Shown here: piece after piece, positions 9,393 to 21,800 of the stretch
Layout: each line of letters begins with the position of its first letter
Numbering within the stretch: position 1 is the stretch's first letter
Assembly (NCBI GenBank): GCA_022072025.1
Contig: JAJVIP010000011.1
Coordinates: forward strand, 81,200 to 145,199
Origin: Elusimicrobiota bacterium
GTDB lineage: Bacteria > Elusimicrobiota > Elusimicrobia > F11
Direction: 5' to 3'
Length of the DNA stretch: 64,000 nt
Notes under the pieces: model-generated
What the model was told of the DNA's origin: nothing
The model's input: only the letters and a program-made list of their open reading frames with translations
Database searches by the model: none
Made by a program: the position numbers and the translations under genes

Positions 9393-10698
9393 CGCTGAGG
9401 ACGTCCTCGGTTATTTCTTCTCCAGTGATTTGTCCCAACTCTTGAAGAGCCGCGCGAATATCGAGGGCCATCGCTTCCTCTGATTCTTTTTGATCCACAG
9501 CCTTCATTGCTTGCAACAGATGCCCTTTGGCTTTTTCCAAATGTTTCGCGTGCCGAAGGTTGGTAATGACCAAGGTTGATTCTGATTCTTTAGAAGAACC
9601 TTGCACTTTGTGCAAGACGGCCAACTTGAGTTGGGATAGCCCTTGACCGTTCTTGGCTGATACCACAACCCCCTCCGGCCACTGGACCTGAAGACCGCAA
9701 TCGGCTTTGTTGAGAACAACCACCGTGTTGCGATCCTTTAAACGGGCCAGCAAATCCTGATCCTCCCGCGTGAGAGGTTGACTGGCGTCCAAAACCAGTA
9801 GAAGGATATCGGCGTGAGCGTGAGCTTGCTCGGCCCGGGCGGTTCCAAGAGATTCCACTTCATCGGTGGTTGACCGCAAACCCGCCGTGTCAACGAGCAC
9901 AATCGGGAATCCCTCCCATTCCATTTTTTCCTCCAAGGTATCTCGTGTCGTCCCTGGGACGCTGGTCACAATCGCTCGATCTTGGGCCAACAAGGCGTTA
10001 AACAACGAAGATTTCCCCACATTGGGTTTACCGGCCAAAGCCACGCGAAGACCCTCACGAAACCATCGGCCTTTGACGCTGGTCGATAGAAGATCTCCCA
10101 AATCTTGCAGGACGCTCGTTAAAGAAGATTTCATTTTGTGTTGATCAATGAGCGGAAGCCCCTCTTCCGAAAAATCGAGGTTGGCCTCCACGTGGGCCAA
10201 CAAATCGATAAGCGGGGACCGAATTTTTTTTATTCGATGGGAAAGCTGGCCTTTCAATTGTTCTGTGGCGACAGCCCTGGCTTTGGTAGATACCGAATGG
10301 ATCAGTTGGGCCACCGCTTCTGCTTGGGCCAAATCCATTTTTCCGTTTAAGAAGGCGCGTTCCGTAAATTCACCGGGTTGAGCCATACGAGCGCCACTCG
10401 ATTCACAGAGTTTGACCACCTCTTTTAGGATGACCGGGCTGCCATGACAAGAAAATTCCAATACATCTTCACCGGTGTACGAATGCGGGGAACGAAAAAC
10501 GGAAGCAATCACTTCATCCACGCCTGCAATCCAACCATGATGGAGGGTGTGGGAAGGGGCTTCAGAAATCTTTTTTTTCGACTGGAAGAGGCGATCTCCA
10601 ATGGAAAAGGCTTGAGAACCGGACAACCGGACAACACCCAGTCCTCCTTCCCCAAGGGGAGTGACAATGGCGACAATGGTGTCGTCAGAGTGATTCAT
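9361..10698 (-). CDS. mnmE: tRNA modification GTPase MnmE
   Basis: DTIVAIVTP, GKPNVGKSS, GTTRD, DTAG, NKAD, C-terminal FCIGK. Confidence 0.97.
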   Translation of the reverse strand: MNHSDDTIVAIVTPLGEGGLGVVRLSGSQAFSIGDRLFQSKKKISEAPSHTLHHGWIAGVDEVIASVFRSPHSYTGEDVLEFSCHGSPVILKEVVKLCESSGARMAQPGEFTERAFLNGKMDLAQAEAVAQLIHSVSTKARAVATEQLKGQLSHRIKKIRSPLIDLLAHVEANLDFSEEGLPLIDQHKMKSSLTSVLQDLGDLLSTSVKGRWFREGLRVALAGKPNVGKSSLFNALLAQDRAIVTSVPGTTRDTLEEKMEWEGFPIVLVDTAGLRSTTDEVESLGTARAEQAHAHADILLLVLDASQPLTREDQDLLARLKDRNTVVVLNKADCGLQVQWPEGVVVSAKNGQGLSQLKLAVLHKVQGSSKESESTLVITNLRHAKHLEKAKGHLLQAMKAVDQKESEEAMALDIRAALQELGQITGEEITEDVLSAIFRQFCIGK

Positions 10699-10707
10699 AA
10701 AAGAAGG

Positions 10708-12303
10708 CTAAGCGGTGGTTTCGGGTGAAGGACTTTTATGAACGCCCAACAATAGTTGCAGAGAAATGGTGGTTAAACTGTTGACACACCAATAGAGGAC
10801 GAGCCCCGCTGGCAACTTATGAAACATAATCGTAAACATGATGGGCATAAACATCATGACCTTCGCTTGCGCCGGATCGGCCACAACCGCGGTCATTTTT
10901 TGTTGAAGGAACATGCCCGCCCCCATAATAATAGGAAGCACAAAATAGGGGTCGTAAACTCCCAAATCTTTGATCCAGAAAATCCATGGCGCCCCGCGCA
11001 ACTCATAGGCGACATTCAAGGTTGAATAAAACGCGAAAAAAACCGGAATTTGAAGCAACATGGGAAAACACCCTTCCATGCCCATAAATTTCATTCCGTT
11101 TTTCTTGTAAAAATTAAAGGTTTCGACCTGTAAACGTTTGGGGTCGCTCTTGTATTGCTCTTGAAGTTTTTTGATGTGCGGTTGAAGCTCCCGCATCTTG
11201 GCAGAATGTTGGAGATTCTTTCGGGTGAGTGGGAAAACAAGCAATTGAATACAAAAGGTCAATAAGATTATCGCCCAACCATAATTCCCTGTTAAAGCGC
11301 GAAAGAAGTTGAGGCTTTTAAGAAGAATTTTTGCGATCACACCAAAAAAACCAAAATCGACGGCTTGATCGAGCCCTTTTCCAAATTTCTTTAGATCGTC
11401 ATAGGATTTGGGCCCTGAATAATAGTGAAACCGCAACTGTCGGGTTTCGCCCGCGCCCAGTTCAATATTTATCGGAACCGCCACCAAAGGAGGATGGATG
11501 CGGTCCGCCACCACCTTAAGCCCCGTTATCAGGCCCTCAACAGGGATTAAGGCCGATAAAAAATGATGATTATCCAATCCGACCCATTGGAACGTATCAT
11601 TGTCGATCAAATCGATATTTCTGGAGAACACAAATCCTGGCTTCCAAGACTTAATCCGCGCCGCCAATCCCAACGCTCTTGTCTCGGCTTGAACCGCACT
11701 TTGATTCTTTTCGTCATAGGCGAGGTTCACATCATGTTTATCGACACCATTCCCCAAAGGAATGAACATTTGGAGCGATTGGCTGTTTTGGGTCGGGTTT
11801 GAAAAAATCAATGAAATACTGTGGAAAGGAGGCGTGGCCAAGAGTTGAATTTCTTTTTTTAAACTCAGTCCATTCGGCAGCAGGCCTATAAAAACGGCGT
11901 GGTTCTCAGAGATTTTTTCTGCTGAAAAATTGACTTCCCGAAACGTTTCCAATGGTGAAAATTGCCGATGTTTTTCCGGCACCACCAGTTCTGTCCAATG
12001 ATTTTTTTCATGGATTTGCCAACTCGCCACTCGAGCCCCTCGACTGAGGATCGATACTTTTGTCTTGTCGGCTTCAAGAATTGTAAGAGTTTCTTTCTCA
12101 ATTGCAGGAGTTCTCGTCTCAGATAGTGAAGGGCGGCTCATAACCGGTGGAGGGGTCGCAGGCTCAAGTGTTGAAGGTGCCGTCCTGGACGCAACCGTCT
12201 TGGTGGGACGAGAGCCGTAACGACTCATGACAAATGTTTCCCAAAACATCAGAAAACCCATCATAAACACGGCAGCTATAATCAGGTTTAAATTTTTATT
12301 CAT
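10708..12303 (-). CDS. yidC: Membrane protein insertase YidC
   Basis: N-terminal TM, periplasmic domain, GNYGWAII, GCFPMLLQIPVF, LPAGLVLYW; conserved position. Confidence 0.96.
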   Translation of the reverse strand: MNKNLNLIIAAVFMMGFLMFWETFVMSRYGSRPTKTVASRTAPSTLEPATPPPVMSRPSLSETRTPAIEKETLTILEADKTKVSILSRGARVASWQIHEKNHWTELVVPEKHRQFSPLETFREVNFSAEKISENHAVFIGLLPNGLSLKKEIQLLATPPFHSISLIFSNPTQNSQSLQMFIPLGNGVDKHDVNLAYDEKNQSAVQAETRALGLAARIKSWKPGFVFSRNIDLIDNDTFQWVGLDNHHFLSALIPVEGLITGLKVVADRIHPPLVAVPINIELGAGETRQLRFHYYSGPKSYDDLKKFGKGLDQAVDFGFFGVIAKILLKSLNFFRALTGNYGWAIILLTFCIQLLVFPLTRKNLQHSAKMRELQPHIKKLQEQYKSDPKRLQVETFNFYKKNGMKFMGMEGCFPMLLQIPVFFAFYSTLNVAYELRGAPWIFWIKDLGVYDPYFVLPIIMGAGMFLQQKMTAVVADPAQAKVMMFMPIMFTIMFHKLPAGLVLYWCVNSLTTISLQLLLGVHKSPSPETTA

Positions 12304-12478
12304 ATGGGTCCAAGCCTCCGTTTCCCCAGGGCGCGCAACGAATCAATCGCTTCAATCCAAAAAACAAACCCCACAGGCCTCGCGCTTTCACGGCCTCCTT
12401 CATGTATTCCGAACAACTCGGGATATATCGGCATCGCCCCCCCAAGTACGGAGAGAGGGCCCATTGATAGAAGGACAC
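12296..12478 (-). CDS. yidD: Membrane protein insertion efficiency factor YidD (start uncertain)
   Basis: YQWALSP...CRYIPSCSEY...RLIRCAPW.GGLDP; directly upstream of yidC. Confidence 0.9.
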   Translation of the reverse strand: MSFYQWALSPYLGGRCRYIPSCSEYMKEAVKARGLWGLFFGLKRLIRCAPWGNGGLDPYE

Positions 12479-12527
12479 AAGTGAACAAAGGTAGCGAGAC
12501 AGGAAAATTCCAGCGGGGTGGAAATTT

Positions 12528-12662
12528 TTAGGCGGAAAGTCGTTTTCGTTTTTTAAATCGACGGCGACTTAAGACCCCTCGCCCGCCAGAAGTCTTCATG
12601 CGAGCGCGAAACCCAATTTTCTTTTTTCTACGACGTTTGTTTGGCTGATACGTTCTTTTCAT
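12528..12662 (-). CDS. rpmH: 50S ribosomal protein L34 (not in the ORF track)
   Basis: Manual translation [44 protein letters not shown] (44 aa). Confidence 0.97.
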   Translation of the reverse strand: MKRTYQPNKRRRKKKIGFRARMKTSGGRGVLSRRRFKKRKRLSA

Positions 12663-12723
12663 AAGGCGCGGAGTCTAACCTTTTGCATTGTTCAAGTGCA
12701 ATCGTTACGAATTTTTTACCAAA

Positions 12724-12757
12724 CCTTAAGAGAATCTTAAGACCGATTTTTTATACT
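12724..12757 (+). promoter_or_regulatory. Putative promoter of the giant gene, with an 11-bp-period direct repeat
   Basis: CTTAAGA at 12725 and 12736, then TATACT at 12752-12757. Confidence 0.4.
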
Positions 12758-12848
12758 CATTTCAATAATAAGGAAGAGGTGGCTCTGGCGCCCCCGGTTT
12801 TTCTTCCAGTTTAAGTGTTGTGTCCCTGATGCCACTTCACAAAGCAAT

Positions 12849-15800
12849 GTGGGGGCGTTCGTGTATACTCAACACGCTCGGCGAAAAGTCGGGCTCTTTG
12901 TTTCCTTCATATATTTCATCAGCCAGTGCGCGCTGGCGCATACGATGGAATTGAACCTCCTTAAAAACCGCTCGCATCCGCTCCTCTTTAACCCGCCCCT
13001 ATCTCTTCCCGCATCAATCGGGACCTTCCGCAAGCGAAATGCCGGTCACTCCGGTTTGACTGTCATTCACATCAGCGATATCCACCTAAACCACGAAGCC
13101 CAGGAGAACATCGGAAATATGGTCACGCAATTGATGAAAGCTGGCGAAGTCCGACTGGTGGCATTGGAAGGCGCTTTTGAAACCATTCACATGGATCGTT
13201 TTCGATCTTTTAGCGATCAAGACGCCCTCCGCCGCGCGGCGAAGTATGCGCTCAAAAAGAACCAAATTTCTGGCGCGGTTCATTCTTGTTTAACCTTTGA
13301 TGGAAAGGCGCCTGCATTGGTGGGCATCGATGATGAAATCAGTTACAAAACCAACATGGAGGCCTACCGCCAAGCCCACGCCCTGATTCCCGCAATGAAG
13401 AGTTCACTTAAAGAGGAACGTGCGTATAATAATAAGGAGGCAGAACAGTTATTCGGCCCGGAGTTATTGGCACTCTACAACCAATCCATCGCATACCGAG
13501 CCAACCAGATAAATACGGGAACCTATCTCCGCTTTTTGTCTGACGCTGGAGCAGACCTTGCCCTCGAATTGGAAACCTTTCTGGCTGCCTCAGAGATTGA
13601 ATCCGCACTCGACTTCTCACAAGCGGGCCGCGAGCGGACACTATTTTTTGAACGTCTGGCCGTATCTTTATCAAGGCAAGCCGTCAGGGATTTGGAAAAT
13701 AAGAGTTCCGCTTTTCGCTGGGGACAAATCAACCAAGCTGGTTATTACAGTTATCTAAGGGAATTGAGCAAAAACGTTGGCCTTGATCTGGCTCATTACC
13801 CAGCTTTCGCGGAATACGTTCGTTACATCCTTCTTTCCAACGACATCAACGTGGAGAAACTGTACCGATCTTTGGATGAAACGGAAGACCGTTTGTTCAA
13901 GCAGCTCATCCAAACACCACTTGAGCGAGCGGTGGTGGCCAAATCAAAACGTCTTGCTCTCAGTGAAAAACTTGTGGATTTCTCACTGACACCGGAGGAA
14001 TGGAAGGAATACTGTAGAAGCGAGCCGATGGCCCGTCCGACCTCACGGGAACTGCAACCATTTGAATCGTTCTACCGAGAAGCTGAAAAGCGTGACCGAA
14101 AGATGGCGGAAAACCTCCTAAAGGCAGTACATGGTGCAGGAAATAATCAATCCCATCAGGGGCCAAGTACTGTCGTTCTGGTGACCGGCGGCTTTCACGC
14201 GCGCGGAATTGAAGAGATTTTGACCAAAGCCGGAGCAACTGTGGTTTCTTTCGTCCCGCGGATCACCAAAGTGGAAACCGTGTCCGGCGCGGAAAATTTG
14301 AGTCTGTTCGTTCAAGAAAAGGCTCCGCTGGAAAAACTCTTCGAGGGACAAAAACTTTTCCTCTCCCAAAATCCCGCCAACTTAATTCATCTTATTCCAG
14401 GAATAGCCGCAGTGAAAGCGGTCACCACCCCCGCTGTTCCGGCGCAGCAAGTGGTGGATGGCTTGCTGCCGCAGGGGCATGGCTCGCGCATGACCGCTCG
14501 AAAAAAAGGGAATGAAGTGCTGGTCACTCTCCAATATCGGGGACAAAATGAAACCACGGCCTACCAAGTCGATCCGCAAGGAAACATCCAATCCGATCGC
14601 CGCATACGGCCCAACCCACTCCCCGAACTGCTGGCGTTGACGCTTACGCTTTGGTTGGGAACGTCAGTCTTTATCAACCCAGCCGCCTTTATCCTGCAAC
14701 TCGCATTCACAATCGCGGCAACACGGCTGGTGTGGTTTTCCTCAATATTCGTTCACGGTCTTGGGCATGTGGTGTTCAAATGGTGGGTTGATAAAAATTA
14801 TCGGATGAGCTTGACCGAGGCCGCAGAAGGAATAACTTTAAGCGAATTTTTTCTTGGCCTGCTCCCGTTCGCGCCGATCTTTACGCCATGGTTGTCGAAT
14901 CGGATCAGCGTTGCTCCTGGCGACCCTGACCCCGAAAAGGTTTCCTTTAAAGCGCTGGGCGGGCCGGTATTCAATATTTTTTCGGCAGGCGCCGCCGCGG
15001 GAGCGCTTGTCTTCCTCAGCCGTTTCCCGGGCCATCCCTTCTATCTCTCCGCGCTCTTGTATTTGTTTCTTGTTCTCAACTTTGTTTTTCTGGCTGCTTC
15101 GGTGTCGGACTTTGAATCCTTCGCCACGGGCCTGGCCCCGGATGGGTTTGCCTGCGGGTTTCTGGATTATTTTTCCCCGCTCCGCAAGCTGATCGGCGGC
15201 GAATCCCGGTTCACATACGGTCCGATGTACCGGAACCAGCAACTTGTTCGCCAGCAAAAGGAACAACGACAATATTCAAATGGAAGATGGACCGGCGTTA
15301 TTCAACGCGCGGTCGAACAAATCACCACAACCACCAAAATATTGAGCAACCGCGGCACCCAAGCCTATGGGTTTGAGGTCAAATTGCGCACACCCCAAGG
15401 CGCCGTGGTATTGGCGGGTTTGAAAGACGTGAATCCAAAACGAGCCACGCTTCACCGCCGACTCGCCGAAGACCTCGTGAAAATCCTCAACCGGGCCATC
15501 CTGTCCGGGCTGACCGTATTGGATGATTTTTTTTCCTATTCATCGCACCTGCGATTTGGAACCTCTTCCGCGCCTTCGAAAATTGAAACGCACCCGCACG
15601 CCAGTCCCGAACAATGGGTGGAGAGATATAACTGGTCCGATCCTTCCCGCGCCATCCGTCAAGTTCGTGAGATTTTCCAAATCAGCATAAAACACAACGG
15701 GGACAACGATGGCATCAAAGATATTGAGGAAGTTCTCGAAATGTATCCCTTTTATGTATTCGGGAAAAATTATTCGTTCAAAGAGATACGACGGCAGCTG

Positions 15801-18800
15801 AACAGAATTCTATATAGGGATCCCACCCGCGGTGATTCGCCCGTGATCGCTTCTTTGCTCTCCCTGTTCATCACCCAAGGCCGTTTCGACGCCGCGGCTC
15901 GACTGGCTTACATCCAAATGGCCGATACGTTCCAGAATGCCTTTCAGGACCTCGATAATCCAAGCAAAGTTGATCGAATCGCAAAAACTTGGGGCGCCGC
16001 GTTTGAATCGATCTTTAAAAAACACCAAGAACATATTTTTGAAAGGAGCGAAATCGGTTGGACGCCGAATGTGGCGTATATCAAACAGGTGTTTTTACCG
16101 GCGCTTAAAAATGCGTTGGGCCACAACCGACAAATCGTTGAGGACCCTTATTTAAGGGCCCTTTTCACTCATGAAGAAAACTTTGATGCGTTCATTCAAT
16201 CCACCGTGCATTTGTTTCTCTACAACGACACCTACCGTGGGATCCAGATGATGGTCTCCTCCGCCCAATCCTCAAGCACTTTCGGTCTTTCAGTAAACAA
16301 CACGCTGGAACCAAAAAAGAATTTCTGGCTCGCCAAAGGTCAACCGGCCGCGATGGGCCACAACCCCGCGACCGGCGAAATCATCACCGCCTCCGACCCC
16401 GGAGCGGTCTTGGGGGCGTTAAACGAAAATTCGCGGATCCTCACGTTTAATGACAGTCAAGGTGAAATCGTCGTCTTGGACATGGAAGATCCCTGGTCGC
16501 CTCATATGTCCATTTTTTCCCTCAGCGCCCATCGTGAGCTGACGTCGGAAGAAATCGAATCGCGTTGGGTGAATCTTGAAAAAAATCCTTACATCAAGAT
16601 TCCGGATAAAAACGGCAATGGCACATCCAACCTAAAAAAAGATTTGACCGACTTAAGTGCGGTTTTGGCCAACATCCACGATAGTTTTGACTTGAAGCAC
16701 CGAAACAATCCACGGAAACCTTCAAATCGGCTGTCGGCCGATCGCCTTAAGAAATGGCTGGTTGAAAAGGCCAATAATTTTCATTTCAAAACAGAAGCAA
16801 AAAGCCAAATGGCCGATATTGTTTTTATTGCCGAGGGTTCCACCCACGACGTTCTCTTGAGAAAAGCCCATGATCTGTCCGCGGTATTCCCCGGGCTCAA
16901 TATTCAAGTCATCACGGGGAACGATTACATGCGAGACAGCGAATCCTATTTCAGCGGATCGGGCAAAGATTTTTCCATGGGTAAAAATACTCTTGTTTTC
17001 TGCGCCAGCCAATCCGGGATGACGTTTTCCAACGTGGAGTCGGTCCGAGACGCTGAATATCGAAGGAGGAAGGGCCAATTAATGGACGTCTTTATCATGA
17101 CCGGGGAGTGGTTCTCCGTCATGGGGGACTCGCTGGGCCAGGAATTTTTTCCGGATTCCGAGTTCAGCGGCCGCCTCTTCAGCAACATGAGCGGCCGAAG
17201 GTACTCCGAAGCCGCCACGATGGCCACCGCCACCGACTTTTTTTTCAGCGAATTGTTCTTGGATATTTTTTCCGACATAAGCGATCTGCAGCCCTTCAAT
17301 ATGAAATTGTCAAAAGAAGGAGTGGCACAACTAAAAAAACAGATCATACCGCTCATCAATACCGCCATTCCGGAACTCACCGGGGTTGATGCCAATAAAA
17401 ACTTGGTCCCATCGGACGTTCATCGGCGCCTGTTGGAAAGGGGTTGGTATCTTTCAGACAGCGTGTCGGAGCAGTTGTTCATGATTTCAATGCTGCGAAT
17501 TTATACCTTTGTGTCCGTCACGCTTCATCTCCCCATTTTTAGATTGATGACAATGATCCTGGTCGGGGCGGTGCTCTTGACGACTGGATTGCCATCTTGG
17601 AGTTCCTTGTTCGATGGAACGTTGATGGCTTTTTTGGGGCTTGCGGGGGGAGTTTTATTCCATTTCGCAAACATTTTGGATGCCCTTTTCTACTCTCACC
17701 AGGACATCCTTTTTACCTACCTGATCCGGTTGCTCCAAGGCCGGCCCATTCGCGCGCGGATCGGTCCGCGGTTTTTGGCCATCGGCGGGCCGCACAGTCG
17801 TCTTCTTCGTGAATATTTTAGGGCGTCCGTTTTGGAGGCGCCAGGGGTTCTTCAATTTGCGGGAGTGGACGGAGCGGATTTGGATGGTGATTTCATGCAC
17901 CGATTCAAGGACTCCAACCGCGGAGCCCTGGTGTTTTTCCATATAGACGACTCCGAATCACCTGAACCATCACATCAGTCGGATGCCACCTCCGCAAGAA
18001 TGACTTTCAATCAGACCAACGGCGTTCAAAATTGGGGTGTTGGGCCGGAAATCATCATCAATTCGATTGCCCCGCAAAAGGAGTCCCAGTACGTGGTTCC
18101 ATCTGTCGCGGTGGACAACTCCGAGGGCCAGCCGGTTGGAGGATATTCCAAAAACGACAGCGTTTTTAACGACCTTCATTCCCGGTGGTTCAATGAACTG
18201 AAACTCTTGGTAAGTGGTCAGGTGGTGGCGGCGGAAATGTCGGACAATTTGTCCAAGGCGCGAATGCGGTTTTACGTGCGCCGGTCCGATTCCCCGCTCC
18301 AAATCTTTTTGGAAAATATGGCTCGGCCGGTGTCCGCCGCCTATTCCGCCATCGCCTTGAGAGCGAATGCCATCATGATGAAACGGTTTTTCCGGAGCGG
18401 TCAAGAATCCCGCATTTTTGAGCCCGGAAAAGGGCAAAGCGGCCTCACTGTGTTCACCACCCAAATCATGCCGCCCCACCCCCTGGACAAACAAGCGGCC
18501 GAAAGAGATATTTCCGCCATCGCCGATCATTTGCGCAATTTTGGTTTGAATGAATCGATGCCGTGGGTGCCCGAGTCCGGGCCCATCGCTGTCGCCATGG
18601 CAAGGCTTTATGATCCAATTCTGGCTGTCCACAAAAACACGGGAGGTAACGAGAGAGCGGTGGCAACAAATGCCGCGCCAGCCACCGCTTTGGGGAGCGG
18701 TTATCCTCAGCGAAAATCCAACACAAGACGTTACTCATGGGGGATTTTCGGCGGGAATGGCTCCACGCTCTATTCGGGTTGGATGATTGGATTTATATTG

Positions 18801-21800
18801 GGCGCTGTGGCGCTCTTCGATCAACTCCATATCAGTCACCCTTCAGCCGTGTTAACAACAGCGACGATTCTCTTCGGCGGAGTTTGGTTTCTGATGAGAA
18901 GGCAAACGGGACCGCCTCCGTCTCTCCGGCTCGCTTTCGAAACGCTGGAACGCAGGGATTTTCTTAATGCGCTGCCGCTCACGGAAGCTCCAAAAACCGG
19001 CCCTCCCGAACCGGCTTGGGTTGAAGTCGCCCATAATAATCTTCTCAACATCATCCAAATCAACGCCCAAGAAAAAGTGCTGGTTGATTCCGACTCCAGC
19101 CAAATCAACCAAATCCGCTTGGACTATGTTTTAAACGAACGTCCCGTCGTCAATGTCCTTGATCATTTTGGATTTGATGTCTCAGGAAAAGCGGAATCGT
19201 TTCTTCTCACGCAAAAGGTTGACGGGAGGACGAAACAAATACCCGGTGAGTTTTCAGAATTCGACCCACAGGGAAGACCTCTCATTGGCAAGGCTTTCGA
19301 TGCGGATTCCGGACAAACCTTTGAATTCAGCTTTGAGCACAACTCATTCATTTCAGATTCCATCATCGGATTTGTCTCGGACGCAACCATCACCGATTCT
19401 GCTGGCCACTCTATTGTGTTGGTGATCGATCCAAGCCAGATCGAATATTCAGACGGCGCCCTATCCATCGAAATTGTGCCGACGCCCTTGTCTCGGATGC
19501 CGCCGCTTCCCAAAGTTAGAGAAGTGCGTCCCGTTGTGGACTTGGATTCCTCCCCGTCTAATTCCCCCCCTCCGCCGCAAATTCCCCTCTTTGGCTCCCG
19601 GAACTCCGAGGAGGAAATGGACGAAGAGACAGGATTGCCTCCCGAAGCCGCACTAGCGATCGCGCCCAACTATGAGATTTTGGACCGCTTGCCCCCGGAC
19701 CGCGAACCGGCCGACGTGAAGGCGGATGCGGCTGCACCGGAAGTGGAAAATGAAAGGACAGCAACCATCATCTCTGCCAAAGCGGAAGCCCAAGCTCCCA
19801 ACCTTCCTCGACAGAATGTTGAAGGCCTGATCGCGAGTGGCGATCGCTTTCGCGGCGGTGACGGCGGCTCTGCGATCAATCAAAACTTGACCCCTATTTC
19901 AGATGAATCTTGGGTCCCTTTCGATCCTAGAGCAGCGCTTTTGCTCGGAGCGGGGATTGTTTCGATGGCGGCTTCATCAACGGCATCAAGATTCTCGTTG
20001 GCAAGATTGACGGATTGGCTCGCCAGGCCGAAAGTGGCGCTGAGCCGGGATCATAAAACCCTGACTTTGAAATTCTCGCGCCGGTCAAAAATTGAAGTCT
20101 GGTTCCCTTCCGGAGCGACTGAGCGGGAGGTTCACTTCCGATCGGTTAACGGCAACGGTCCATTTCGGCTGATCGGAGGAGCGATGGAAGTCCACTTGAA
20201 CCGCGCCACTGGGGAACTGAGGTTCCAAAGTCCGCAGGAGAACGGGCCGGTTTTCCTTGTTCCCAATCCAAACGGCGGAGTGGACCGGCATACATCGTTG
20301 GTTTTACCTCTCAATGAAAAATATCAACTGCCGGCGAGCCTACCCACTGATACCGCCGACTGGTCGGCGGCGCGGAAAATATTGCGCGTTCTGTTTATCT
20401 CGATCGCCTTCCTATGCCTGGGCGCGGCCCTCACCCTATGGGTGGGGCCGAGCCTTGCGCGCCTTGACGCCGAAAGTCTTCTCCATTGGACCGCGAAAAA
20501 GATGGCGTGGGCGCAGCAACACAAAATTGAGCTGACCAATTGGACGGGACTGATTGGTTCTACGCTTCTTATCTTTTGGATATTTCGCGACAAATCACCG
20601 CTTTCTACCCACGAGTCCTGGCGCAAAAACTTAAAGACATGGTTTTACCGTGGTTTGTTTTTGGCGACTCTCATCGGCATCAATCTATTGCCCATCCAAT
20701 GGTGGGTGCCGGCGTATTTGACCGCCGCGGGTTTCGGATTGTTTTACGGCTCGGTTGCATTCGCTTATTTCATCTTTGTGCCGTTCGCTTGGGCGTTGCG
20801 CCTGATCAGTCTTCTGTTCCGTTGGCACCCCGCTTTTTCCGCGAAGGCGTCCCTCTATAAAGATCTAAAAGCCGTCCTCGGAATGAGTTTGGTTATCGGT
20901 TTGGCCGCTGTCGGTTGGCGTTCGAGGGAGCGTTTGCTTCCGGAAAAACCCGAAGCGCGTTTGGAGCGGATGATGAAAGATTTTTCTCACACGCCGTGGC
21001 CCAAGACGGTGAGCAAAAGCGGCACGCCGTTCAACCAAAATACGTCCCTGAACCAAGACGAGGTCCCGGTGAAAAATTTTAAAACGCAATTTTCTCGTGA
21101 TTTCGCAGTGAACCCGGTGCGGTTTCAATCCGGGCCGACGTCGAGTCTCGTGGTCCTGCGCGCGCAAAAACAAGGTGTTCGGGAAGTGCATCCCAACGCT
21201 TCTTTTTCAAAGATGGAATGGGTTGATCCCCTCAATGAAATCCCCTTGATGGGTCAAGAACCGATGCTCAGGCTCATACGGCCGGTGTTGGAGAAAAAGG
21301 CCAGTGACCTGTCCAAAGAAATCAATTACCGAAAACAGGTGTTGGAACATTTCGATGAAGCGGGGTTGTTTGATGGCAATTTCATAAAGGCGGCGACCAA
21401 GCTGACCAGTTGGGCGGAAATTATTTCATTGGAATTGGAACATTTTCAGCTCGCGCAGGAAGTGGACGTTTACGGCCACGTGTTGACGCCATTCAAAGAA
21501 GGAGAAACGGGCCGCGCCATCGCCAGCCAAAGAATGTTGGGAACGATGTCATCCTCCCCAATGAATACGCCCCAGGACAAATTGAGTGAAATCGATTCCC
21601 CAAGCGATATCCGGGGCGAAAACGGACAGGAGCTGTTTCAAAGCGACCGGCGGCTGACCCTGCAAGTGGTCCTGTCGATGCGGGATTGGATTATGTTTGA
21701 CACCCACCGAATTAAGGCCTCGTTAACAATGCGAGATGGCCACACGCACCAAGCCTCTGTGAAGGCTTGTGATTTTGAACATCGCCTTGACGACACAACC

